64,000 nucleotides of DNA, from positions 1-64,000 of the forward strand of contig JAQBVF010000015.1 of assembly GCA_027623675.1 (NCBI GenBank), read 5' to 3'. Origin of the DNA: Chloroflexota bacterium. Its GTDB lineage: Bacteria > Chloroflexota > Dehalococcoidia > Lucifugimonadales > UBA3495. Below, piece after piece: positions 20,714-30,737 of the stretch. The position numbers and the translations under genes are program-made. Below the pieces are notes generated by a model. That model saw nothing but the letters and a program-made list of their open reading frames with translations. It was not told the DNA's origin and did no database searches. Within the stretch, counting starts at the first letter, position 1, and each line of letters begins with the position of its first letter.

Positions 20714-22390
20714 ATGGGTTGGAAACCACTTCTATTGGTTCTTGGCGTGCTTTTACTGGCGGCCGGTTGCTCTGGGTCTTCGGGCAGCAACGGCGCCGAA
20801 GCAACCAGATCCCCGGAGGCCACCGCAGCCCCCAGCGTCTCAGGGTCCAGCGATCCGGCCGTCAGTGACGGTAGTCCGCTGGAGGGCGGCCGCTTCGTGC
20901 GTCTATTTGTGGACCCGCCAACCCTGGACCCGCACCTGACCACCGACGCGACATCGGCGCAGATCATCGTTGAGGTGTTCGGCGGACTGGTGACCATCGA
21001 CAAAGACCTGAATGTGGTTGCGGACCTGGCAGAGAACTGGGAGGTCACCGGCGACGGACGCATCTATACCTTCCGCATCCGGCCGGATGCCAAGTTCCAC
21101 GACGGCAAACCGGTGACCGCGGAGGATGTCCGCTGGTCCTTGGAGCGCGCCACCGACCCACTGACCGAAGCGCCCAACGCGGACCAATACCTGGGTGACA
21201 TCGTCGGAGTGGACGAGAAATTGTCCGGTGACGCCCTGGAGATATCCGGCGTGCGCGTGGTCGATGAACGCACCATTGAGATCACCATCGACCAGCCCAA
21301 GTCCTATTTCCTGGCTAAACTCACCTATCCGACCGCTTTCGTCCTGGACCGGGTGACCGTCGAGGCCAACCCCAAGACTTGGTTCCGCAAGCCCAATGGC
21401 ACCGGCCCTTTCCGCTTGAGTGAATACAAAGTGGGTGAAACATTGGTCCTGACCCGGAATGAAAACTACCACCTGGGACCGCCCAAGCTGGCCGAGGTGG
21501 AGATGATTCTGAGCGGCGGAACGTCGATGCTGATGTACGAGAACGACGAGATTGATATCGCCGGCGTGGGGCTTGCGGACCTTGACCGCCTGCTCGACAC
21601 GAGCCACAGCCTCAATTCTCAGTTGATGCGGGCCGCCCCGTCATTCAGCGTCCAATATATAGGGCTCAACGTTAACGAACCGCCATTGGACGACGTCAAA
21701 GTGCGCCAGGCTCTGAACCTGTCCATCGACAAGCGGGAGATCGCCACCATCGTATTGGGCGACCAGGTAGTGCCTGCCAAAGGCATACTGCCGCCGGGCT
21801 TCCCCGGGTTCAACCCCTCGGTTACCGGCTACAGCTTCGATCCGGACCGCGCCAGGCAGCTCTTAAGCGAGTCCAAGTACGGCGGCGACCTGGATAACTT
21901 GCCGCCCATCACCATCACCACGCCGGGCAGCTTCGGCGCCAACGTCAGCCTGGACATGGAAGTGGTGCTGTCCATGTGGGAGCAGAACCTCGGTATCAAG
22001 ACCGAGTTCCAGCAGACCGAATTCGCCACATTCTTGAAGGACCTGAACAAGCGGCGATTCCAGATGTTCGACATCGGCTGGATCGCCGACTATCCGGACC
22101 CCGAGAATTTCCTGGACATACTATTCTACAGCGACAGCAGCAACAACCACACGAATTACAGCAACCCGGAGGTTGATTCCCTGCTGGAAGACGCCCGCGT
22201 GGAGACCGACGAGTTCCGGCGCTACGCCATCTACAATCAGGTCGAGCAGATGATATTGGACGACGCGCCATGGATACCCCTGTGGTACAGCGGTGAGCGT
22301 TACCTGCTGGTCAAGCCCAACGTGCGTGATTATCTGCAGACGCCGCTGATCATACCCAAGCTTCGGTACGTTTACCTGACCAATCAATAG
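20714..22390 (+). CDS. oppA: Peptide ABC transporter substrate-binding lipoprotein (SBP family 5)
   Basis: Lipobox LLAAGC, PTLDP, DLAE.W...YTF.IR....FHDG.PVTAEDV, GTGPF, GWIADYPDP. Confidence 0.9.
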   Translation: MGWKPLLLVLGVLLLAAGCSGSSGSNGAEATRSPEATAAPSVSGSSDPAVSDGSPLEGGRFVRLFVDPPTLDPHLTTDATSAQIIVEVFGGLVTIDKDLNVVADLAENWEVTGDGRIYTFRIRPDAKFHDGKPVTAEDVRWSLERATDPLTEAPNADQYLGDIVGVDEKLSGDALEISGVRVVDERTIEITIDQPKSYFLAKLTYPTAFVLDRVTVEANPKTWFRKPNGTGPFRLSEYKVGETLVLTRNENYHLGPPKLAEVEMILSGGTSMLMYENDEIDIAGVGLADLDRLLDTSHSLNSQLMRAAPSFSVQYIGLNVNEPPLDDVKVRQALNLSIDKREIATIVLGDQVVPAKGILPPGFPGFNPSVTGYSFDPDRARQLLSESKYGGDLDNLPPITITTPGSFGANVSLDMEVVLSMWEQNLGIKTEFQQTEFATFLKDLNKRRFQMFDIGWIADYPDPENFLDILFYSDSSNNHTNYSNPEVDSLLEDARVETDEFRRYAIYNQVEQMILDDAPWIPLWYSGERYLLVKPNVRDYLQTPLIIPKLRYVYLTNQ

Positions 22391-22405
22391 GACTGGAACG
22401 CAAGC

Positions 22406-23350
22406 GTGGGCACTTACATAGCACGCCGGTTGCTCTGGCTGCCGATCATTTTGCTGATCGTATCGTTCATCACTTTCGCATTGGGACGCTTTGGACCGGG
22501 CGACCCGGTTGAAGTGCTCATGGGGCAGTATGCCGACAAGGAGGTTGTTGAGCGAATCCGCGAGCAACGCGGCTTCAACGACAACATCTTCGTCCAGTAC
22601 GGCCGCTATCTGAAGAACGTGACCCGAGGCGATTTCGGCGAGAGCTTCAAGTACCGGGGCCGCACGGTGAGCGAACTGCTCAAGAAGAAGATGTGGGTAT
22701 CGGCCCAACTCAACATCGCCGCCTTGTTCCTTTCGGTGTCCATCGGCATTCCGCTGGGACTCTTCGCCGCCTTCAAGCAGGGGACGTTCTGGGATACCGG
22801 CACGGTGGCCATGACGCTGCTGGGCCAGTCTATTCCGGTGTTCCTCACCGCGCCCATGTTATTGCTTATTTTCGCCCTCAAGCTGGACATACTGCCAACC
22901 CACGGCTGGGGAGGCCTGTTCGACACCCGCACCATACTTCCCGCCATCGCCATGGGCGTGCCGGGGATCGCGATCATCACCAGGCTGACCCGCGCCAGCA
23001 CCATGGAGGTGATCAGCCAGGACTATGTGCGGACGGCACGGGCCAAGGGGCTGTCGGAATCCATGGTACAGCGGCGTCACGTGCTCAGAAATTCCATGAT
23101 CCCGGTGATAACCACCCTGGGATTCTCACTGGCTGGGCTGGCCTTCACATCGTTCATCGTGGAGCGGTTCTTCGGCATTCCCGGCATCGGAAACCTGTTC
23201 ATCGAGTCCATCTTCGCCAGGGACTTTCCGGTGATCAACGCCGTGATCATCATCGGGACCACGCTATTCGTGGCCGCCAACCTGATCGTTGACCTGATCT
23301 ATCCGTGGCTCGACCCCAGGATCAGACTGGGAGGCGCGTATGCAACCTGA
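22406..23350 (+). CDS. oppB: Peptide ABC transporter permease, OppB-type
   Basis: PGDP, GDFGES, DYVRTARAKGL, H.LRN, VE.FF.IPGIG, DPRIR. Confidence 0.9.
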   Translation: MGTYIARRLLWLPIILLIVSFITFALGRFGPGDPVEVLMGQYADKEVVERIREQRGFNDNIFVQYGRYLKNVTRGDFGESFKYRGRTVSELLKKKMWVSAQLNIAALFLSVSIGIPLGLFAAFKQGTFWDTGTVAMTLLGQSIPVFLTAPMLLLIFALKLDILPTHGWGGLFDTRTILPAIAMGVPGIAIITRLTRASTMEVISQDYVRTARAKGLSESMVQRRHVLRNSMIPVITTLGFSLAGLAFTSFIVERFFGIPGIGNLFIESIFARDFPVINAVIIIGTTLFVAANLIVDLIYPWLDPRIRLGGAYAT

Positions 23351-24305
23351 GCGAACCGCGCCTACGCTGGAACTTCCCGGTCAACGGAACCGCAGCTATT
23401 GGGTCATATCCCTGCGCCGACTGCTCCGCAAGAAGATCGGCGTCGGCTGCCTGACCATCATCTTGATTATGTACGGCTCGGGGATACTCGCCCCCTTGGT
23501 CACACCCTACGGCTTCAACGACCAGGACCTGTCGATCACCAAGCAGGGACCCAGCCTGGCCCACCCGTTCGGCACCGACCGACTGGGCCGGGATGAACTT
23601 ACGCGGATCATCTATGGGCTCCGCACCACCGTAATCATCACAATAGTTACGCTGGTCACGGGCAGTCTTGCGTTGGGAATCACCCTGGGGTTGGTCGCCG
23701 GCTATTTCGGAAGATCCATCGACACCTTGATCATGCGGGTGGGCGAGGTGACTTCGGCTTTCCCCGAGATATTCCTTGTCTTGATAATCGTGTCGACCCT
23801 CAAGGCCCCGATCACCGATTGGGTCCGAGGCGTGGAAGACGTGGTCGGCTTCGACATCGTAAGCCTGGGCGTGGTGGACTACCTGGTGCTGTCGCTGGCC
23901 CTGGCCATCTTCTCCTGGTTCGGCATGGCCAGGTTGGTGCGGGGACAGGTGCTCCAAGCCCGTGAGAACCAATACGTGGAGGCAGCCAGGGCCATCGGCG
24001 CGACAACGCCGCGGATACTGGCCCGGCACGTGCTGCCAAACGTGATGGGCCCGGTGATAGTGATGGTGTCGGCGGGGCTGGCCGGGGTGGCCGGCTCGGA
24101 GATATTCCTCAGCTTTCTGGGCATCGGGATCCAGCCGCCAACGCCGAGTCTGGGTCTCATGATCTTCGAGAACGGCAGCATCTCGGTGTTGCGGTCCAAC
24201 CCACACTTGCTGCTATTCCCCGTGCTCACGCTTTCGCTGCTGCTGTTCACCTTCAACCTGTTGGGTGACGCGGTCAACGACGCCTTCAACCCCAGAGCCC
24301 GCTAA
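23340..24305 (+). CDS. oppC: Peptide ABC transporter permease, OppC-type
   Basis: HPFGTDRLGRD, YVEAARAIGA (EAA loop), RHVLPN, SFLGIG, FNLLGD. Confidence 0.9.
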   Translation: MQPERTAPTLELPGQRNRSYWVISLRRLLRKKIGVGCLTIILIMYGSGILAPLVTPYGFNDQDLSITKQGPSLAHPFGTDRLGRDELTRIIYGLRTTVIITIVTLVTGSLALGITLGLVAGYFGRSIDTLIMRVGEVTSAFPEIFLVLIIVSTLKAPITDWVRGVEDVVGFDIVSLGVVDYLVLSLALAIFSWFGMARLVRGQVLQARENQYVEAARAIGATTPRILARHVLPNVMGPVIVMVSAGLAGVAGSEIFLSFLGIGIQPPTPSLGLMIFENGSISVLRSNPHLLLFPVLTLSLLLFTFNLLGDAVNDAFNPRAR

Positions 24306-24410
24306 CCCCGAAGGGGCGCTTCCGCTCGCACTCTCGCCGGCGATCTCTACTCCCGTGTGCATTCAAACGCGCCGCGCTTAAAGCCTACGGGTCAGCGGTT
24401 GGGGTTTTGC

Positions 24411-25820
24411 CTAGATGACCGGGCGGCGGCGCAGCCGGGGCAGCGCCATTAGACCCAACGGAGCGCCTAGAAGCATCAGCATGCCAACCCCAGTGGCGCC
24501 ACCGGCTGGGGCGCTGCAACCCGGCGAGGTGGAACCGTCCTCGGACCCCTCAACGCCAGCGACACCGGCGCCTGATCGAGGTCCGGGGGGTTCGGAAGCG
24601 GACTCGGGCACGCCCGTTGGTTCAGCCGTTGGTTCGGCAGCCTGTGGCGCGCCATCCCCTCCGGCCTTCCGCTCTTGGTCGAGTCGGGACTTCAGTTCAT
24701 TGGGCGAGGGCAGAGGTTCCAGACCCATGGTTGCGCGCCAGGCGGAGTCGAGACCATATTGGTCCATGCCGTAGACTTCCTGCAATGCCAGGTCGATGTC
24801 CAGCGTGCGCTGTAGCACCGGGAACAGGGCGGCCATCCGGGATTCGCCGTAGGTGCCTATCATGTAATTGACGACCGAGCGGCCTTGCCCGTAGGCAATA
24901 ATGATGTCCTCCGGTGTGCCGCCGAAGGAATCTAGATACCAAAGCGGCTTGATACGGCGGGTGAAGATGCCGTAGCGCAGGGCAGCGTCGTAGTCGTCGG
25001 TGGGGTCGATGTTTCCGTACTCGGCCAGTCCTTCGTTGAGCCAGGCTGGCACCTGGCTGATGGCCGTGCCCGCCGCCTCCGCGACCAACAGGTGGGTGAA
25101 CTCGTGAGAGACGGTACCGGTTACCGTGGGATCGAACCCATGGACCAGCAACACCCGTTCGTCGCTGAAGGCCATGCCCTGAGTCTGCAGGCCCTCGCTC
25201 ACCGCTTGGGAGCGGAACGGGAGGGCCGACGACATATGCCGGTAATTGTTGTAGGAGACGATCCGCAGCGGTTCTGTGGGGGCGATGCCAAGGACGGGCA
25301 GCATCTTTTCCAGGTTCTGTTGGGCGGCGTCTAGCACCAGCTCGGCCCGGTCACGGACGTACTCTCCGTAATAGTAGACAGTGATCAGGCCCTCAACGAC
25401 GGTCTCCCAATCGAAGCGGTTGTCCTCGTAGACGAATATCTTGGGGTCGGTGCGCACCACCCCGCCGGCTTTGTCGCGTACCTCAAAGGAATATTCGATC
25501 TTGGTGCCCGGAGGGAAATACTCGCCGCCGCTGCCGCTCTTCAAAAGGGACTCACCGGTCACACTGTCACCGGGGTCAAATTCGACGGACCGGTAGGTGC
25601 TGCGGCCGTTCTGTTCCACCTTGCTGAAGAAGACACGGATATCGTCGATGCCGTCCACGCTGTTGGCGGAGACGGAAAACTTGATGCCGTCGGGGAACTG
25701 GCTAACGGCGGTGGCTTCGACCACCTTGATATTCCCCTCATCGGCCAGGGTGACCGGCGGCGTAGAGAGCGCCAGTCCGGCAACCAGTAGGAAAGCTGAA
25801 ACGAATACGAAAGAGCGCAA
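24411..25820 (-). CDS. Secreted peptidase MA-like zinc metallopeptidase with Cys-TM-Arg C-terminal tail
   Basis: Signal peptide, HEFTH plus PAWLNEGLAEY gluzincin motifs, Pro/Ser/Gly linker, PGCS-hydrophobic-RLRRR tail; start placed at TTG 25820. Confidence 0.82.
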   Translation of the reverse strand: MRSFVFVSAFLLVAGLALSTPPVTLADEGNIKVVEATAVSQFPDGIKFSVSANSVDGIDDIRVFFSKVEQNGRSTYRSVEFDPGDSVTGESLLKSGSGGEYFPPGTKIEYSFEVRDKAGGVVRTDPKIFVYEDNRFDWETVVEGLITVYYYGEYVRDRAELVLDAAQQNLEKMLPVLGIAPTEPLRIVSYNNYRHMSSALPFRSQAVSEGLQTQGMAFSDERVLLVHGFDPTVTGTVSHEFTHLLVAEAAGTAISQVPAWLNEGLAEYGNIDPTDDYDAALRYGIFTRRIKPLWYLDSFGGTPEDIIIAYGQGRSVVNYMIGTYGESRMAALFPVLQRTLDIDLALQEVYGMDQYGLDSAWRATMGLEPLPSPNELKSRLDQERKAGGDGAPQAAEPTAEPTGVPESASEPPGPRSGAGVAGVEGSEDGSTSPGCSAPAGGATGVGMLMLLGAPLGLMALPRLRRRPVI

Positions 25821-26061
25821 AGGAACCTCTGGGGCCAAGTTTACGTTAGTGCTACGCCAATGTCGACAAACCAGACTTCTTGCCAGACCGCGACGCTCGT
25901 GACCGGAGCCTGTGTTAACTGTCTTGACGGTGATTTTCAATACGCATAGAATCAGACCCTAGCCCGCTTAACCACACCTTTCCGGCGCGTCCCAACGGCT
26001 CTACGGTGTGGAACGTTTCGGCGTGTTCAAAGAATCTCCAATTCATATTTGGTGCAGATAG

Positions 26062-26811
26062 ATGGCGATCAACGTTGGCCGGGTCATAGACCTGAATTTC
26101 GAGCCCTTTTACATCGACATGGAGCGGCGGGGAATCGCCCTCCATGAAGTGAGTCTTAAAGACATCCCCCAGGCGTTGCGCGACGGCGAGATCGACGCCG
26201 GGCCGGTGAGTTTGGTTGATAGTTTCGCATTGGACGACACCTGCTTGCCCGTGGCCGGGTTCTGCCTGTCGGCGTCCAACCGGGCTGGGAGCAACCTGCT
26301 GTATTCCAAGAAACCGATGGAAGAACTCTCCGGAGCAACCATCGCCGCCGCCACCCAAGACTCGACCACCCAAAAATTATTTCAGGTGCTTCTGGCCCAG
26401 AAACACCAAGGCAACGCCGACTCTTTCGTCACCATGACTGAAGAGCACGACGCTTTCTTGATCTCCGGCGACGCCGCCCTGCGCCGCCGCCGTGGGGCAA
26501 GGGGTTACAGCCACCGGTACGACCTGGGCGAGGTTTGGCATGATATGACCAGCCTGCCCTTCGTCTTCGCCCGCTGGATGGGCCGCAAAGAGCTTTCGCC
26601 GGAAGAGATCCTGCTGATCGAGGACACTCTCTACGTGGGCCTGGAAGACGGTGTCGACAGCCTGTTTCATCTGTCCGACCCCAAGGACCATCTCTTGATG
26701 ATGGCCCGCGATATCGTGGACTACATCATCGGCTACCGGTATTACGTTGGTCTCTCCGAGCGCAAATCCATCGAACTCTTTCAGAAATACCTGGCCGAAC
26801 TTCCGTCCTAG
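26062..26811 (+). CDS. mqnA: Chorismate dehydratase MqnA-like (futalosine pathway)
   Basis: LN..PF, GEIDAGPVS, ISGDAAL, YDLGEVW...TSLPFVFARW; somewhat divergent. Confidence 0.72.
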   Translation: MAINVGRVIDLNFEPFYIDMERRGIALHEVSLKDIPQALRDGEIDAGPVSLVDSFALDDTCLPVAGFCLSASNRAGSNLLYSKKPMEELSGATIAAATQDSTTQKLFQVLLAQKHQGNADSFVTMTEEHDAFLISGDAALRRRRGARGYSHRYDLGEVWHDMTSLPFVFARWMGRKELSPEEILLIEDTLYVGLEDGVDSLFHLSDPKDHLLMMARDIVDYIIGYRYYVGLSERKSIELFQKYLAELPS

Positions 26812-26890
26812 CCCACCGTGTTGTCCCGAGTGCCCGATGCAGCGATGAAACGTTTCGACTTGCCTGGCGTTCCGACCATAAGGAGATACC

Positions 26891-27754
26891 TTGGCGAAGG
26901 TGATTGAACGTTCGTTCGAAGCCACCGGACACACTTCCATCATGTGCGACTTTTCGCCGCCTCGGTCCGGCGACGCCGCGGTGGTTGACCAGGCCCAGTT
27001 GGATGTCGATTTCATATCCGTGTCCTACAACCCCGGAAGGGCCGTCAGGACCGATTCGGCCATGCTGGCGGCGGCGGTCCAGCGGTCGGGCAGAGATGCC
27101 CTCTTCACCCTGGCGACCCGCGACATGAACAAGCTGGCGCTCCAGTCCCAGCTATTGGGCGCTCAGATGCTTGGGTTGAACAACGTGATCGTGGTGCAGG
27201 GCGACCCTTTCAGCGAGCAGGACCGCACCCGGGTCGCATCGGTGGCCGATTACTCAACCACCGGGTTGATCGCGGCCATCTCCCAGATGAACCAGGGCAA
27301 GGATTTCCGGGATGGCAACCTGCGGACCGCCACCGATCTGTGCGTCGGGGCGGCGGTGGACCTAGGCCGCGGCATCGAGGAAGAAGCCCAACTGGCGGTG
27401 CGCAAGGTGCGGGCCGGAGCGGAGTTTCTGATCACCCAGCCGGTCTTCGACGTGGACCAAGTGGCCCGCTACCGGGAATCCTACGCCTACCACGCCGGCA
27501 AGGCTGGAACGCTGCCCATCTACTTCGGCCTGCAGATATTGGAGCAGGACGGTGTTCTGTTCAGCTCGGTCCCGGACTCGGTGCGGAACGAATTGGAGGG
27601 TGGCCGGCCCGGCATCGACATGGCACTGGAGTTGTACCAAAGATTCCAAGACGCCCGCCTGAACAACATCTACCTGATGCCACCGATCAAACGTGGCGGC
27701 GCCCGGGACTACGCCGCCGCCAAAGAACTCCTGGCCAAGATAAACCGTCTCTAG
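26891..27754 (+). CDS. metF: Methylenetetrahydrofolate reductase family protein
   Basis: DFSPP, RDMNKLALQS.LLGA..LG..N...V.GD, RKVRAGAEFLITQPVFD. Confidence 0.8.
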   Translation: MAKVIERSFEATGHTSIMCDFSPPRSGDAAVVDQAQLDVDFISVSYNPGRAVRTDSAMLAAAVQRSGRDALFTLATRDMNKLALQSQLLGAQMLGLNNVIVVQGDPFSEQDRTRVASVADYSTTGLIAAISQMNQGKDFRDGNLRTATDLCVGAAVDLGRGIEEEAQLAVRKVRAGAEFLITQPVFDVDQVARYRESYAYHAGKAGTLPIYFGLQILEQDGVLFSSVPDSVRNELEGGRPGIDMALELYQRFQDARLNNIYLMPPIKRGGARDYAAAKELLAKINRL

Positions 27755-27867
27755 GCCGGGCGACTTGATTCGTAAGATAACCAACTAACGGACAACGGCT
27801 CCCCGGCAACACCTCCGAGCCTAGTGCTTGACCCCAAGAACCAGGTAAATCGCCTAACGAGGCTACG

Positions 27868-28557
27868 ATGCCCTTTTGCTCGAATTGCGGGAACGAGGTT
27901 TCCGAAACCCATAATTACTGTGACGTCTGCGGAACCTTAATTACGGTTGTGGCCGCCGCCAGCCCCACGGCTGTGGCGACGGCTCCCACGGGTTACTTCA
28001 TCTCGGCCAATCGAATCATATCGCTGATGGTCCTGACCTTCGGGCTATATCTGGTCTATTGGTTGTACTTGACCTGGCGGCATTACCGAGACCACACCGG
28101 AGAAAACGTCTTCCCGGTCTGGCATTCTTTGACGCTGATAATTCCGATCTACGGCTTGTTCCGGATCCATGCTCACATGCGCATCTATAAAGAAATGATG
28201 ACCAACCCCGGACTGGCCAGCACTATCAGCCCCGGGTGGGCCGTCGCGGTGGTGGCGGTCTCCATGCTGCTGGAGAACCTTTCGCTGGAGGTCACCGGTG
28301 GTTGGACGACCACCAGCTACAGCTTTGGTGCGGCGGTGGTGTCGGCGTTGATCACCGTGGTCTCGATCACGTTGGTCACTGGCTTATTAGTCCGTGTACA
28401 GGGAAACATGAACCATTATTGGTCAAGCCTGACCAATGTTCAGATCGTGCCCTCAAAACTTCGTGTCGGTGAGGTCATATTCTCCGTAGTCGGATTGATG
28501 GCCTGGGCGGAAACGCTAACTAGCCTGCTGAGCGCATCGTACCGCGGCGCCGGATGA
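27868..28557 (+). CDS. Zinc-ribbon membrane protein (DUF4234-like)
   Basis: MPFCSNCG...YCDVCG; LTFGLYLVYWLY; several TM segments. Confidence 0.72.
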   Translation: MPFCSNCGNEVSETHNYCDVCGTLITVVAAASPTAVATAPTGYFISANRIISLMVLTFGLYLVYWLYLTWRHYRDHTGENVFPVWHSLTLIIPIYGLFRIHAHMRIYKEMMTNPGLASTISPGWAVAVVAVSMLLENLSLEVTGGWTTTSYSFGAAVVSALITVVSITLVTGLLVRVQGNMNHYWSSLTNVQIVPSKLRVGEVIFSVVGLMAWAETLTSLLSASYRGAG

Positions 28558-28576
28558 TCCGACTGGCTCGCCGTGC

Positions 28577-28613
28577 AAAAAAATGACCGCCAGCAGAACC
28601 GGCGGTCTTTTTT
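28577..28613. terminator. Bidirectional intrinsic terminator
   Basis: A7-T-GACCGCC...GGCGGTC-T6 between convergent genes. Confidence 0.8.
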
Positions 28614-28633
28614 ATCCTAAAGGTTTCAGCCCC

Positions 28634-30310
28634 CTACGGCGCCCAGGGGACCGGCGCTTCGCTGTTGAACTGGTCCGTGACCACGTCCACCACGGTGGGC
28701 CGGCCCGATGACACGGCCTGGTCCAGTGCGCTCTGGATGTCCCCTGGTTTCTCGACCCGGATTCCGAGACAGCCCATGGCCTCCGCCACCTTGGACAGGT
28801 CAACGTCGCTGAACTGCCAGAGGTCCCCCGGAGAGCCGCCTTCCAAGCCTTGGTAGGCCCGTTCGTCGCCGCGCCGGTCCTGGGAAAGGGCGTGGTTGTT
28901 GTTGACCACGAACACCACGGGGATGTTGTTGCGGACCGCCGTTTCCAGCTCACCGATGTGATACCAGAACCCGCCGTCGCCGCTGAAACAGACCACCGGC
29001 CGGTCGGGTACGGCGCACTTGGCGCCCATGGCCGCGGACAGTCCCCAGCCGAGAGAACCGGCGCAGCGGAGATAACTCTGTCCCGGCTCGTTCAGGTCAA
29101 CCATGGACCCGGTCCAGATCCCGGCGTGTCCCGTGTCGGCCACCAGCACGCCGTCTGAAGGCATGAACTTGGTGAGTTCGGTGCAGAGGCGTTGGGGGAT
29201 GATCGGCACGGCTTCTGAGTTGGCCAGAGGAGCAACTTCGTCCCGCCATTCCTTGACCAGTTCCTGGGCCCGGCCGACCCATTCGGACCGGTCGCCGGCC
29301 GGTTCCGATGCCTCGATCAAGCGCCGGGTGCTGGCCTTGGCGTCGCCCTGCAGCGCCACCTGGGCCGAGTAGGTGCGGCCCAGTTCCGATGGGTCGATGT
29401 CGATCTGTATCACCGGGGTGCCAATGGCTGGGACGCGCCATTCGTTGGTCACCTGACTGCCGGTGTGGCTGCCGATGTAGAGAACCAGGTCGGCTTCATG
29501 GACCACGCGGTTGGCGCACCAGCGGGAATAGGAACCGACCACGCCCACCGCCAGAGGGTGGTTGTCGGGGATGGTGCCCTTGGCGTTGAGGGAGGTGGCA
29601 ACGGGGATGTTCAGCAGTTCGGCCAGCTCAACCACCTCCCGCTGCCCACCGGAAGACGTGACCCCGCCTCCGGCCACGATGACCGGGCGCTTGGCGTTGG
29701 CCAGCACCTGCGCCGCTTCGCGCACACGTTCCGGTTCAGGCTCGGGACGGAACGCCGGCCGGTGGGTGAACGCCGCTTCCAGAATCACTTCCAGGTCGGC
29801 TTCTCCGTCTTCCACCACGTTGCCGCTGATGCCCTCGAAATCCAGGTGTACGGGGGCGGGAGCGCCGGTGGTGGCTTCCCGGAATGCCTGGCGCAGAAGG
29901 CCGGGTAGCTCGTTCACCGAGTCGACCACGGCGCTGAACTTGGTGGTCGAGGCGAATGGTTTGGAGTGCTCGACCTCTTGGTAGGCGTTCCGGTTCTGCT
30001 GCAAGTTGGACTTGTGACCGGTCAGGGCGACCACGGGGGACAGGCCCAGGAATGCGTCCTGCAGCCCCGCGGCCAGGTTGACCGCGCCCACCGACTGTGC
30101 CATGCAGACCCCGGGACGGTTGGAGGCACGGGCGTAGCCGTCGGCCATGTAGGCGGCCGCTTTCTCGCCGTGAGTCACCACGCGCTTGATGCCGACCATG
30201 TCCATCTCGGCCAACGACTTGCGGAGCACGGCGGGCACGAAGAACACGTGTGTAACACCGTAGGCTTTCAGCGCTTGGGCCAGATATCTGGCCCCGGTCA
30301 TCTTAGGCAT
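28634..30310 (-). CDS. Thiamine-pyrophosphate-dependent enzyme (acetolactate synthase-like superfamily)
   Basis: GEKAAAYMADGYARAS, GDGG...NN TPP motif, central FAD-type domain; GGGAGG RBS before ATG 30310. Confidence 0.88.
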   Translation of the reverse strand: MPKMTGARYLAQALKAYGVTHVFFVPAVLRKSLAEMDMVGIKRVVTHGEKAAAYMADGYARASNRPGVCMAQSVGAVNLAAGLQDAFLGLSPVVALTGHKSNLQQNRNAYQEVEHSKPFASTTKFSAVVDSVNELPGLLRQAFREATTGAPAPVHLDFEGISGNVVEDGEADLEVILEAAFTHRPAFRPEPEPERVREAAQVLANAKRPVIVAGGGVTSSGGQREVVELAELLNIPVATSLNAKGTIPDNHPLAVGVVGSYSRWCANRVVHEADLVLYIGSHTGSQVTNEWRVPAIGTPVIQIDIDPSELGRTYSAQVALQGDAKASTRRLIEASEPAGDRSEWVGRAQELVKEWRDEVAPLANSEAVPIIPQRLCTELTKFMPSDGVLVADTGHAGIWTGSMVDLNEPGQSYLRCAGSLGWGLSAAMGAKCAVPDRPVVCFSGDGGFWYHIGELETAVRNNIPVVFVVNNNHALSQDRRGDERAYQGLEGGSPGDLWQFSDVDLSKVAEAMGCLGIRVEKPGDIQSALDQAVSSGRPTVVDVVTDQFNSEAPVPWAP

Positions 30311-30392
30311 GCCTGTACCTCCCAAACGTCCGATCGGTTATTTCCCGGTTGTTTTCCAGTTGTTTCCCCGTGTTTGATTATCGGCGGGCTGG

Positions 30393-30707
30393 TTAGATAC
30401 CCCGCTCGTCAAAGACCTCTTTGGCGACCCTGACGGCGTTTGCGCCCACCGGCCATCCGGCGTAGAAAGTGGTGTGCAGGATGACTTCACTGATCTCGGC
30501 TTTGGTCACTCCGTTGTCCAACGCACGGCCGATATGGCCCTTGAGCTGGTCGGTGCGGTAGAGGGCAACCAGGTTGGCGACGGTGATCAAGCTCCGGTCC
30601 CGCTTGGACAGTTCAGGGCGCTCCCAGATGTCGCCGAACAATACGTCGGCGGTCATTTCACCCAGCTTGGGTGAGACTTCTTGCATGATGCTTCGTGATG
30701 TAGTCAT
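30393..30707 (-). CDS. Carboxymuconolactone decarboxylase family protein
   Basis: LFGDIWERPELSKRDRSLIT, QL..H...ALDNGVT..EI.E, FYAGWP. Confidence 0.9.
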   Translation of the reverse strand: MTTSRSIMQEVSPKLGEMTADVLFGDIWERPELSKRDRSLITVANLVALYRTDQLKGHIGRALDNGVTKAEISEVILHTTFYAGWPVGANAVRVAKEVFDERGI

Positions 30708-30737
30708 TGTGGTCTCCTATTAAGTGGTTGATTTTGT

